The notes beneath the pieces are model-generated. The model was not told the origin of the DNA. It saw nothing but the letters and a program-made list of their open reading frames with translations, and did no database searches. This document shows positions 48,411-58,490 of a DNA stretch of 64,000 nucleotides, one piece after another. Where the stretch lies: contig JANRJK010000046.1 in assembly GCA_033764015.1 (NCBI GenBank), positions 1-64,000 on the forward strand, read 5' to 3'. Source of the stretch: Candidatus Sumerlaeia bacterium (GTDB lineage: Bacteria > Sumerlaeota > Sumerlaeia > SLMS01 > JANRJK01). A program made the translations under genes and the position numbers. Numbering within the stretch: the stretch's first letter is position 1; every line of letters begins with the position of its first letter.

Positions 48411-48755
48411 ACTCCGAACTCACGCCCCGGCATTCCCTTCGACCTGCACGCGACCTCCGGTCCGCCGGGGGGAAACGTGGTGGCGGAGTGGACCGCGCCG
48501 ATGGAGACCGCGGCCCCCATCGCGGGCTACCAGGTGCGCTTCGTCGCGCCGGGCTTCGACCTCCCGGGATGGCAGTCGACGGGCCTCGCCGAATCGCTTG
48601 TCCTCCCGGTGCCCAGTGCCCTGCCCACCGGGGCGCGGTTCCGCGTGCAACTGCGGGCCGTGGACGAGGCGGGGCGCGTTGGCGACGCAGCCTCCTCGTT
48701 CGACGTCACCGTCGCGTCGCCGACCCTCGGGGCGACCGGGTTCATCGTTCGCTGA
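48411..48755 (+). pseudogene. In-frame C-terminal continuation (fibronectin type III-like domain) of the upstream secreted protein
   Basis: Same frame after the TAG: TPNSRPGIPFDL..V.AEWTAP......GYQVRF.....FRVQLRAVDEAG..G; stop at 48755. Confidence 0.6.
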
Positions 48756-48879
48756 CGGGGCACTCGACAGGCTCGCGGCTGGCAGCGGCGCGTCGCGCTT
48801 GCAAGAACGCAGGGGACATGCTGTAGTCCGGTGATGGATGGCCCCACCAGGGGCGGCCGGGAGACGGGAGGAGGCGGCG

Positions 48880-51165
48880 ATGGAGCGGGATCCGGATCTG
48901 GGCTTCGGCGATGCGGCGAGGAAGTTCCTGCGCGCCGCGATCCAAGGGAACTACTTCTACATCGCCAGCGCCCTCCTGATGATCGTCGGGTGCTACCTGC
49001 TGATGAAGTCCCCGCTCGTCTCCGGCGACGAGTACCTGCGGGTGCTGAAGTCGCTCGCGGTGCTGCAGGGTTACGAGCTGCTGGTGATCGCGACCGCGCT
49101 CTTCATCCGGCGCCGCTTCGCTGGCATCGGCGACGGGTACGTGCTCCTGCTGATCGAGATCGCCCTCCTGTTCGATCCGACCTTCTTCAACAACAACTTC
49201 TTCAGCATGATGAAGAACGGGCATCCGCCCTCGCTGATCTACGGCACCAACGCGGTGTGCCTCGCGCTCGCGCTGCTGAAGGTGGGCGTGCTGGAGGGGT
49301 GCCTCGGCTTCCGGCTCACGAACACGGCGCGGCTCGGCATGCTGGCCGCGGGGATCATGGTGTACGTGGCGCCGGGCCCCCTGGGGGCCTGGGCGACCGA
49401 TCCGGCGCAGGCCCGGCTGCACCTCTACGCGATGGCGTGGGCGCTGGGCGCGGTTGCGCTGCTCATGCCGCCGGTCGGCGCGGTCGTCGCGCTCGATCCC
49501 CCTGGCGCGACGGAGGGCCAGCGGCTCTGGCTCCCCCGGCTGCTCGCGGGGATCCCCCTCGCGGTCGTGGCCCTGCATCATCTGGAGGCGATGGCGGTCT
49601 ACCAGATCCCGCCGCACCGCGCGGACCTCGCGCCGCTGCTGATCGCGGTGGGCCTGCTCCTGATCCGGCAGGAGAGCGCCAAGGAGCCGGGCGGCGGCTT
49701 GGTGCCCGTCGACATCTGCTTCGCGCTTGGCCTTTGGCTGAGCCTGCACCGGAGCGACGTGGTCTCGACCAACCAGATGCGCAACCTGCAGCTCGCGCAC
49801 GAGCACCTCGGGAGCGCGCTTGCGGCAGCCGTCGTGCTGGCGAGCTATGGCCTGCTGTGGTGGCGGCTCCGCCACCGGGCGCTGCTCATCCGCATCGGCG
49901 TCCTGCTGCTCGCCGTTGTGGTCGCGGCGCTGCGTGCGGCCGGTGTCTTCGCGTGGATCGGCTCCCTCGAACCGCCCTCCTTCCCCTCCGCGGCCATGGG
50001 CTTCAACGCGCTGGTGCTCTTCGCCGCCGGGCTGTGGTGGTGGATGCGCCGCGACGACTGGGCCGCGCTCCTGGCCTGCGCGGCGGCCGCCGGCGGAACC
50101 ATGGCCGCGTTGCCGGGCGAGCACGTGGCGGAGACCATGGGCCTCTACTTCCTGCTCGGCGCCATCGCGGTCGACCGCTACTTCCCCTTGGAGGTCCGGG
50201 GATTCCGGTTCCTGTTCGCCGTCGCCGCGCTGCTCCTGCCGCTCAAGGCGGGGGACCCGTGGATCGGCGGAGCCTGCGCCGCCGTCGCGCTCCTGGCGTT
50301 GGTGCTTCGACTGGCGAACCGGTGGAGCGGCGAGTTCGCCGCCGCCCTCGTGGTCGCCCTGGTCGTTGCGGCGAACTGGATCGTGAGCGACGCCAACCTC
50401 CGGGTCCGCGTCGATCCCGCGGTCGCGGCGCTGCTCTTCGGTGGACTGCTCTTCGCGGCCGGCCTCTACGTGACGCTCCACAAGGACCGCGTGCTCTCGT
50501 GGCTCGCGGACCGCGACGCGCCGCCGCCGGACGCCGCGTCCTCCGCGCATGGCCTCGCGCGCGCTCTGGACCCGCCGCCACCCGGTTGGATGCCCAAGCC
50601 CCGGGACGCGCCGGACGAGCTCCCCGCGGAGGCCAAACCGCCGTCCGAGGCACCCCCCGCGCTGGCCGTCGAACCACCCGCCGAGCAAGCCGAGGAGCAG
50701 TTCGCGGCGCCCCCCGGACCCGAGGCGGCACAGGCCCACCCCGCGGGCGCCATCGAGGAGCCCCGCGCCGCGGAGGGGCGCGTGCGGGACGCGATTCGCC
50801 AAGTGCTCGTGGAGAATCCCGCGGAGGGCATCCTCGGCGGGGAGTCCCTCACCGGCGAGGAGGGCCGGCGCTGGCGCCAGATGGCGCGGCTCGGCACGGA
50901 GGACCGGGACCTGTTCTGGTTCCGCGATGAGCGGGGACCAAGGCTCGTCCTCCTCGAGCAAGGCATCGTCGCCCTCGGGGACGGCGGCTACGGCGCGCGC
51001 ATCGCCTACGACCAGCTCTCGCTGGTCCTGCGCCGGCGCGCGGTGCTGCGCATCGTCACGCACTCGGCGCAGGACATCGCCGTGCCCGGCCTGTCGCCGG
51101 AGCAGGCGCGCGCCGCCCACGCGACGCTCCAGTTGCTGCTTTGGGAACTGGGGGATCCCGGCTGA
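48880..51165 (+). CDS. Large polytopic membrane protein with Pro-rich linker and soluble C-terminal domain
   Basis: Many hydrophobic helices over about 530 aa; GGAGG RBS before ATG 48880. Confidence 0.8.
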   Translation: MERDPDLGFGDAARKFLRAAIQGNYFYIASALLMIVGCYLLMKSPLVSGDEYLRVLKSLAVLQGYELLVIATALFIRRRFAGIGDGYVLLLIEIALLFDPTFFNNNFFSMMKNGHPPSLIYGTNAVCLALALLKVGVLEGCLGFRLTNTARLGMLAAGIMVYVAPGPLGAWATDPAQARLHLYAMAWALGAVALLMPPVGAVVALDPPGATEGQRLWLPRLLAGIPLAVVALHHLEAMAVYQIPPHRADLAPLLIAVGLLLIRQESAKEPGGGLVPVDICFALGLWLSLHRSDVVSTNQMRNLQLAHEHLGSALAAAVVLASYGLLWWRLRHRALLIRIGVLLLAVVVAALRAAGVFAWIGSLEPPSFPSAAMGFNALVLFAAGLWWWMRRDDWAALLACAAAAGGTMAALPGEHVAETMGLYFLLGAIAVDRYFPLEVRGFRFLFAVAALLLPLKAGDPWIGGACAAVALLALVLRLANRWSGEFAAALVVALVVAANWIVSDANLRVRVDPAVAALLFGGLLFAAGLYVTLHKDRVLSWLADRDAPPPDAASSAHGLARALDPPPPGWMPKPRDAPDELPAEAKPPSEAPPALAVEPPAEQAEEQFAAPPGPEAAQAHPAGAIEEPRAAEGRVRDAIRQVLVENPAEGILGGESLTGEEGRRWRQMARLGTEDRDLFWFRDERGPRLVLLEQGIVALGDGGYGARIAYDQLSLVLRRRAVLRIVTHSAQDIAVPGLSPEQARAAHATLQLLLWELGDPG

Positions 51166-51300
51166 TTCTCCGATCGTCGGCTCGAGACCCCGGGCGGAGC
51201 CTCCCGCCGCGCGCTTGGCGGCTCCGCGTTCTGGCGCCCGCGTCTGTGTCGGATCGGATCCGCCTGGGCGCCGCGCGCGGCGCCGGCCCGCGCCGCGATC

Positions 51301-51861
51301 CTATTCCCCCCAACGCACCGGCGTGACGGTGCCGCTTTCCCAATCCCTGCGCAGGATCGCATAACGAACCGCGTCGTGCATCGCGCCCGACGCGTCCGGC
51401 CACGACTCGCGGTAGCGCCCCTCGAGCGCGAAAAGCGAGCGTTCGAACACACGCCGCATGGCCAAGTTGTCCGCGCGCGTCGTCCCCTCGATCCGCGTCA
51501 GCAGCGGATAGCGCGCGAACAAGTGGCCCGTCAGCCAGCGGACCGCCGCCCCGCCGATCCCCCGCCCGCGCACCGCCGCGCGGATCCGCAGGTCGAACAG
51601 CGGAAAGCCGTCGCCATCGTCGAGATCGTCCAGCTCGAGTAGCTGGATGATCCCGACCGCCTCGCCCTCCAACTCGATCCAATGCACCTCGCGCGTCCCG
51701 CCGGTGTAGAGCCCCTCCCGCGCATGCGCGAGGATCGACTCGCGCGCAACCACCGGGCTGCCGTGGAACGGCCACACCTCGGAAGCGAGGAAATCCGCAA
51801 ACGCCTCGGTCTCCGCAGGGAATCGGACAGGACGAAAGGTCGGGGAGGAGTGCTGCGTCAT
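51301..51861 (-). CDS. GNAT (RimJ/RimL-like) acetyltransferase
   Basis: FDLRI...VRGRGIG, TRADNLAMRRVF...F..EG..R..W. Confidence 0.88.
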   Translation of the reverse strand: MTQHSSPTFRPVRFPAETEAFADFLASEVWPFHGSPVVARESILAHAREGLYTGGTREVHWIELEGEAVGIIQLLELDDLDDGDGFPLFDLRIRAAVRGRGIGGAAVRWLTGHLFARYPLLTRIEGTTRADNLAMRRVFERSLFALEGRYRESWPDASGAMHDAVRYAILRRDWESGTVTPVRWGE

Positions 51862-51949
51862 GGGGTGGCGGGTAACGGCGGGAGGGCGCGGGGCGCAACG
51901 GGAAGGGGCGGGGGGGCGGAAGGGTGCTCGAAAACGAGGGGCGCTTCTG

Positions 51950-52552
51950 TTACAGTTGGACTCGCTCAAGGGCGGCCAAGGCCCGCGCCAGGCTTGGGGA
52001 CCGCTTCGCAGCCCGGGAGGGCTCCCACTCTTCAGTGATGAACCGCGACATGATGGGCAGATATTGCGTCCCAACGATCGCGCTTCGATTCGGTGCCGGG
52101 GCGACACCATCCCGAATCTCCCGTTTCTTCGATCCGGCTGCCAATGTGGCAAGGGTCCGCTTCGGATGCGCAACCTCCTCCGGCAAGGCGGGAACCCTTA
52201 CCGCTGGGACACCGAGAAAGCTGGCGATGGATTCGCGGTCCGCCAGCAGCCAACTCTCCAAAGAGAGGACCGGGATGCGCAGGAGAAAACGCTGGGCAAG
52301 CGGCCCGGGTATGTGCCTCGCGATCAGACCGGACGGGCACGCAGCTTGGTCGAGGTCCGTGAGCCCCAAGACCGTCAGCCCCTTTCGGGCTGCTTCATTG
52401 AACCGGGGGGCCTCCCGCCAGAAGCACGAGGCGCCGCCCTTGGAAACCGGGATCACGCCTTCCGTGGAAATCCCCGCGGCGGAGAGCAGCCGCAGCGATG
52501 CGGGCTTCTCAAGTTCCCCTTCGACGATTGCGACAAGGCGCCGCGCGGTCAT
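51950..52552 (-). CDS. DUF4276-like (TOPRIM-related) protein
   Basis: IVEG..E, LTDLD...CP, LESWLLAD, PK, RSPSL.R; ATGA overlap with the upstream ATPase. Confidence 0.75.
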   Translation of the reverse strand: MTARRLVAIVEGELEKPASLRLLSAAGISTEGVIPVSKGGASCFWREAPRFNEAARKGLTVLGLTDLDQAACPSGLIARHIPGPLAQRFLLRIPVLSLESWLLADRESIASFLGVPAVRVPALPEEVAHPKRTLATLAAGSKKREIRDGVAPAPNRSAIVGTQYLPIMSRFITEEWEPSRAAKRSPSLARALAALERVQL

Positions 52553-53709
52553 GGCCTGAGGGTGTCGAAAAGGTCCGCTTGTTCGGCGCGGGTGCGTGGC
52601 AGTACCGCTTCCGCCGCCGTCAATCCCGCTTGGTTCATCGACACCGCGATCATCTCGTCCGAAGAGGCCAGCGAGACGGTACTGCCCGAGTTGCTTGGAG
52701 TTGCGACAAGGACCTCGTCCGCACCGATCCCGGGGTCCGAGAGCATGTGCTCGCTGTGGGTGGAGAGGATCACCTGGCGCCCGCCTGCAGCTTTCCTCGC
52801 CCGCTGAATGAACGCCGGGAGCTTGGGCAGCAATGCGGAGTGCAGCGAAAGCTCCGGCTCCTCGAGCAGCAGCGGCCCCCCTTTTTCCTGCATTGCCCAT
52901 AGGAGTCCGATCAGCCGCAGTGTGCCGTCGGAGAATTGGGCTTCGTTCTGATAAGCACCATTTCCTCGCCAGTGCTTGAACTTCGCCTTCAAATGTGGGC
53001 GCCCGCGATCGTCGGTCTCGAGCTGGATCTCTTCGAACTGCGGGACGGCGACCGCCAGTATCTCTTGGATGCGGTTCAGCCGCGCAGCGAGGGTCCGCTT
53101 GTTGCAGTCCCGCATCCTGTCGAGCAAGTCGCGGCCCAGCGTGTCCTGCCCGATCGCGCCTGCGGGTGGCCCCTGCGCCTCGCGGATCAACTGCGGAACC
53201 ACATGCAGGTAGAGGACGCTGGCGAAGAAGTCCGCCAACTCTCGGAACTCGCGGTTCGCATTGAGTTGTTGAATCGCGGTTTGGCCGAGCCTGCGGGGGT
53301 CCGCCTTGTCTTCACCGTTTGGCCGTGATAGGACCGTCTCCTCGGACGCCTCGTTCAACCGGCGCACTTCCTCGTGTCTAACGACCGGCGCCCCGCCCTG
53401 ATCGCGGTTGATCTCGAGCCGGTACCACCAGCGCGGCGCATCGCCGTCCGCCAACTCCACGGTGATGCCGACGTTCGAGTTCGTTCCCTTCTGGTGAAGA
53501 CTGCGCAGCCGGGCGATCCCTCCGCGCACCTCCACCGCCCGGGCAAGGCCACCACCCTCGACCACCAAGTCGTGGAGGAAACGGAATGCATCCAGGAAGT
53601 TCGACTTTCCGCTCGCGTTCGGCCCGACGATGAACGAACGCCCCGCCAACGGGACGTCCGCCTTCGTGAAATTCCTCCAATTCTGGAGTTCGATCCGGGT
53701 GAAAATCAT
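52549..53709 (-). CDS. ABC/SMC-like AAA ATPase (AAA_21/AAA_15 type)
   Basis: I.LQNWRNF, VGPNASGKSN, FSDGTLR, LLEEPELSLH, QVILSTHS. Confidence 0.92.
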   Translation of the reverse strand: MIFTRIELQNWRNFTKADVPLAGRSFIVGPNASGKSNFLDAFRFLHDLVVEGGGLARAVEVRGGIARLRSLHQKGTNSNVGITVELADGDAPRWWYRLEINRDQGGAPVVRHEEVRRLNEASEETVLSRPNGEDKADPRRLGQTAIQQLNANREFRELADFFASVLYLHVVPQLIREAQGPPAGAIGQDTLGRDLLDRMRDCNKRTLAARLNRIQEILAVAVPQFEEIQLETDDRGRPHLKAKFKHWRGNGAYQNEAQFSDGTLRLIGLLWAMQEKGGPLLLEEPELSLHSALLPKLPAFIQRARKAAGGRQVILSTHSEHMLSDPGIGADEVLVATPSNSGSTVSLASSDEMIAVSMNQAGLTAAEAVLPRTRAEQADLFDTLRP

Positions 53710-53795
53710 CGTCGCTCTCGAAGGCGGTCGGAAGTGCTGCCTAAACGTGCATCCATTCCGCGCTTCCGGTCAACACTCGCGCTCTGGAAGCCCCG

Positions 53796-55193
<1,398 letters not shown>

Positions 55194-55203
55194 TCGGTGC
55201 CCG

Positions 55204-56145
55204 TCATTCCGCCGCCCGGCGCTGGAGTCGGTGCCCGTCGCGCTCGAACGCCTCGAGCGCCGCGCGCGCCGTCAGGACGTGCAGGCGCACCGTGTCGTCG
55301 GGATCGAGGGCGTAGCCGCCGGCGGTGAACGTCGCGAATGGGATGCCATGCTCCGCCAGCGCGCCCAGCACCAGCCGCTCGCGCTCCGCCATGCCCTCCA
55401 TGGTGACACCGACACCGCCGAGCCGGTCGTGCTCGTAGGGATCCACGCCGCCGAGGTAGAGCGCCAGGTCGGGCTGGAATTGGTCCAGCACCACGCGAAG
55501 GCCCCGCTCCAGCTCGCGCAGGTACACCGACGTGCCGCACTCGTCGGCGAGTCCGATGTCGAGGTCGCTGCGCTCCTTCATCGGATAGAGGTTCTCCTGG
55601 TGGATCGAGAACGTGAACACGCGGTCCTCGCCCGCGAAAATGCGGGCGGTGCCGTTGCCTTGGTGCACGTCGGTGTCGATCACGGCGACGCGCGACGCCC
55701 AGCCGCGCCGGAGCGCCACCGCCGCGGCGATGGCCGCGTCGTTGATGTAGCAGAAGCCCTCCGCGTGCCCGGCGAAGCCGTGGTGGTAGCCGCCGCCGAA
55801 GTGGATCGCGCAGCCGCGCTCCACCGCGCGCCGGACGGCGAGGATCGAGCCCCCCGCGCACAGCACGCAGCCCTCGACGATCTCGCGGCTGAGCGGCAGC
55901 TCGCTGCGCCGCGTCCGCGCCGTGTGGCGGTACCCGCGCAGGTCCGCGAGGTACTCAGCCTCGAGGACAGCCAGCAGCTCCGCGTCGTCCGCCGCGTGCG
56001 GCGCCTCGACCTCGTGCGGCTGCAGCAGGCCCTCGCGCTCGGACGCCTCGCGGTAGCGGCGGAACTTGCTCGTGATGAACACATGCGCGCCGATGTCCAT
56101 CTCGTACGCGGGACTGTGGACGAAGCCGGGTCGGAGCGTGCCCAT
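55204..56145 (-). CDS. Histone deacetylase family protein
   Basis: GGGYHH, GFCYIND, IDTDVHQGNG, SIH, GVDP...DRLG, GGY. Confidence 0.93.
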   Translation of the reverse strand: MGTLRPGFVHSPAYEMDIGAHVFITSKFRRYREASEREGLLQPHEVEAPHAADDAELLAVLEAEYLADLRGYRHTARTRRSELPLSREIVEGCVLCAGGSILAVRRAVERGCAIHFGGGYHHGFAGHAEGFCYINDAAIAAAVALRRGWASRVAVIDTDVHQGNGTARIFAGEDRVFTFSIHQENLYPMKERSDLDIGLADECGTSVYLRELERGLRVVLDQFQPDLALYLGGVDPYEHDRLGGVGVTMEGMAERERLVLGALAEHGIPFATFTAGGYALDPDDTVRLHVLTARAALEAFERDGHRLQRRAAE

Positions 56146-56249
56146 GGGCTGCCTGCGGAGCGGGGGATCGGGGCCTGGTGCCCCACGGCGCAGCGTGAGC
56201 GAGCGGCGTTCCCCGTGGAAACGGGAAGTTGCCCGGCGGCGCGCGGCGG

Positions 56250-57056
56250 TCAGGCGCCCTGGGCTTCCGCCATCCACTCCCCGTAGAACGCCGCCGGCCG
56301 GAAGCCGAGTTTAGAATAGCATCGGATCGCGGCGGCGTTCGACTCCCGCACGTTCAGGCCGATCAGGTCCACCCGCGGCCGCAGCAGCGCGCACATCGCC
56401 GAGGTCGCCAACGTCGCGAGGCCCCTTCCCCGCGCCTCCGGATGGGTCGCGATGTTCCCAAGCGCGGCGATCCGATAGCGGTCCGACACGGTGTGCACCC
56501 CGGCGACCGCCAGCAGCCGCCCGGACTCGCGGATCCCGAGGTAGCTTCCCGTGGCGAGCATGAACGGCTCGAACCAGTTGCCCGGATACGCCTCGCCGTA
56601 GAAAGCGAGCACCTCTTCGAAGTCGCCCGGCCCGAGCGGCGACACGCCCGGCGACGAGACCAGTTCGAGGCTCGCCGCGGCGCAGGCCATCTTGAGGAAC
56701 GACCCGTGGCTCTGGAGGCGGAAGCGCTGCGCAACGGCCTCCTCGAGCCCGGGCGACAAGTGCCAATAGAGGCGCGGAGGCAGCTCGGGCAGGATGGCCG
56801 TCAACAACTCCACCATCGGTTGCTCAGCCCCGTCGTGAACCGCGAGGCAGGCGGGGAGTGCTCCGCCAGTGTACAGCAGCACGGCCGCCTCGTCCGACCC
56901 GCCTTCGCGGAGCACGAACCAGCGGGTGTGCGGCCAGAAGAAGTCGTCGAGGTCGCCCAAGCTGTAGAAGTGGAGCTGCGGGGCCCGGCGGAAGAAGCGC
57001 TCGAGGCGCTCCTTGGCTCCCGCGTCGCCAGGGGCGATGTGGTCGATGGTAGGCAT
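56250..57056 (-). CDS. GNAT acetyltransferase (C-terminal GNAT domain)
   Basis: LGNIATHPEARGRGLA, LNV...N.AAIRCYSKLGF. Confidence 0.9.
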   Translation of the reverse strand: MPTIDHIAPGDAGAKERLERFFRRAPQLHFYSLGDLDDFFWPHTRWFVLREGGSDEAAVLLYTGGALPACLAVHDGAEQPMVELLTAILPELPPRLYWHLSPGLEEAVAQRFRLQSHGSFLKMACAAASLELVSSPGVSPLGPGDFEEVLAFYGEAYPGNWFEPFMLATGSYLGIRESGRLLAVAGVHTVSDRYRIAALGNIATHPEARGRGLATLATSAMCALLRPRVDLIGLNVRESNAAAIRCYSKLGFRPAAFYGEWMAEAQGA

Positions 57057-57293
57057 GGCCGCACGGATATGCGCGGGCCCTCGGCGGCGGCAACGACAGC
57101 CTCTCCGCCTTTGCCCGGTGATCCGCCTGCCACCCGTGCGCGAAGGGCCCCGCTTGCCTGTCCGCCTCCGCTCGACGCGCGGGCGGGACGCCGCCGATGC
57201 TCTTCGAGGATCGGCGCCCGCGAGCTCCGCGGCACGCGGGCGCCTTCCCCAGCCGCGCGCCGGGGCCACCTTGATCCAGCCGAGATCCCCCCG

Positions 57294-58415
57294 ATGCCCT
57301 ACCTCGACCACGCCGCCACCACGCCGCTCGCGCCCGAGGCCCTCGAGGCGATGCGCGCCGCGTGGGAGCGCCCGCGCAACGCCTCCTCCGCGCACCGCGC
57401 CGGGCAGGCCGCCCGCCGCCTGCTCGAGGACGCCCGCGCGCGCCTCGCCGCCGCGCTCGATGCGGAGCCCTCGTGGGTGGTCTTCACCAGCGGCGCGTCG
57501 GAGGCGAACAACCTCGCGATCCGCGGCCATGCGGACCACGAGGCCGGGCATGGCCGCCGCGCTGCGATCGCCAGCTCCCCGCTCGAGCATAGCTGCGTGC
57601 GCGAAACCGTCGCCCGCCTCGCGATCCAGGGGCGCGCCGCGGTCCACACCTTGGCGGTCTCGCCGGAGGGGCGCGCCGACACCGCCGCGCCGGGCCTCGA
57701 GCGCGCCTCCCTGCTGTGCCTGATGGCGGTGCAGAACGAGACCGGTGCCGTGCAGGACCTCGCCGGGGCCCGCGCGCTCGCCGCGCGGCTCGGCGCGCGC
57801 TGGCTCTGCGACGGCGCGCAGGCGCTCGGCAAGGTGCCGTTCTCCGTGCGCGCGTCCGGGGCGGACTTCGTTTCCGTTTCGGCGCACAAGGTCGGCGGGC
57901 CCTCCGGCATCGGCGCACTGGTGGGGCCGGGCGTTACCGCGCTGGCGCCGCAGATCACCGGCGGCCCGCAGGAAGGCGGCCTCCGCGCGGGCACCCAGGC
58001 GGTGGCGCTCGCGGCGGGCTTCGCCGCGGCGGCGGAAGCGGCGGTCGCGCGCCTCGCGGAGCGCGCCGCCCGCATGGCGGAACTCGAGCGCATTGTCGCG
58101 GACGCGCTCGATGCGCGCGGCGTCCCGTGGCGGCGCAACGGCGGCGAGCCGCGCGCGCCCGGCTTCTTCAACATCTCGATCGAGGGGCTCGAGGGCGCGG
58201 ACCTCGTGATCGCGCTCGATGCGCGCGGATTCGAAGCCGGCTCCGGCTCCGCGTGCTCGACCGGCGTGATGGAGGTGTCGCCCGCGATGCACGCGATGTT
58301 CCCGCGCGACACGGCGCGGGCCGCGGGCGCCCTCCGAATCACCTTCGGCGCCGGCAACACGCCAGAGGACGCGCACGCTCTGGGCGCCGCATTGGCGGGA
58401 CTGGCGGGGCGGTAG
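57294..58415 (+). CDS. iscS: Cysteine desulfurase, group I (IscS/NifS-like)
   Basis: YLDHAATTP, FTSGASEANN, QNETG, SAHKVGGP, RAGT, GSACS. Confidence 0.9.
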   Translation: MPYLDHAATTPLAPEALEAMRAAWERPRNASSAHRAGQAARRLLEDARARLAAALDAEPSWVVFTSGASEANNLAIRGHADHEAGHGRRAAIASSPLEHSCVRETVARLAIQGRAAVHTLAVSPEGRADTAAPGLERASLLCLMAVQNETGAVQDLAGARALAARLGARWLCDGAQALGKVPFSVRASGADFVSVSAHKVGGPSGIGALVGPGVTALAPQITGGPQEGGLRAGTQAVALAAGFAAAAEAAVARLAERAARMAELERIVADALDARGVPWRRNGGEPRAPGFFNISIEGLEGADLVIALDARGFEAGSGSACSTGVMEVSPAMHAMFPRDTARAAGALRITFGAGNTPEDAHALGAALAGLAGR

Positions 58416-58425
58416 GCTCCACGGG

Positions 58426-58466
58426 AAAAGCGGCGGCCCGGGGAGCAATCGCTCCCCGGGCCGCCG
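58426..58466 (-). terminator. Intrinsic terminator between convergent iscS and glgP
   Basis: Perfect 16-bp stem cggcggcccggggagc / gctccccgggccgccg with a 4-nt loop; CTTTT follows on the minus strand, and a pyrimidine-rich tract follows on the plus strand. Confidence 0.8.
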
Positions 58467-58490
58467 ATCCTTCTCTTGTGCGCGCCCGGC

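Noticed and set aside
51166..51300. GC-rich palindromes between convergent genes
   Set aside because: The stems are imperfect or purely GC and lack a U-tract. They are likely by chance at this GC content and are not repeated elsewhere in the window.
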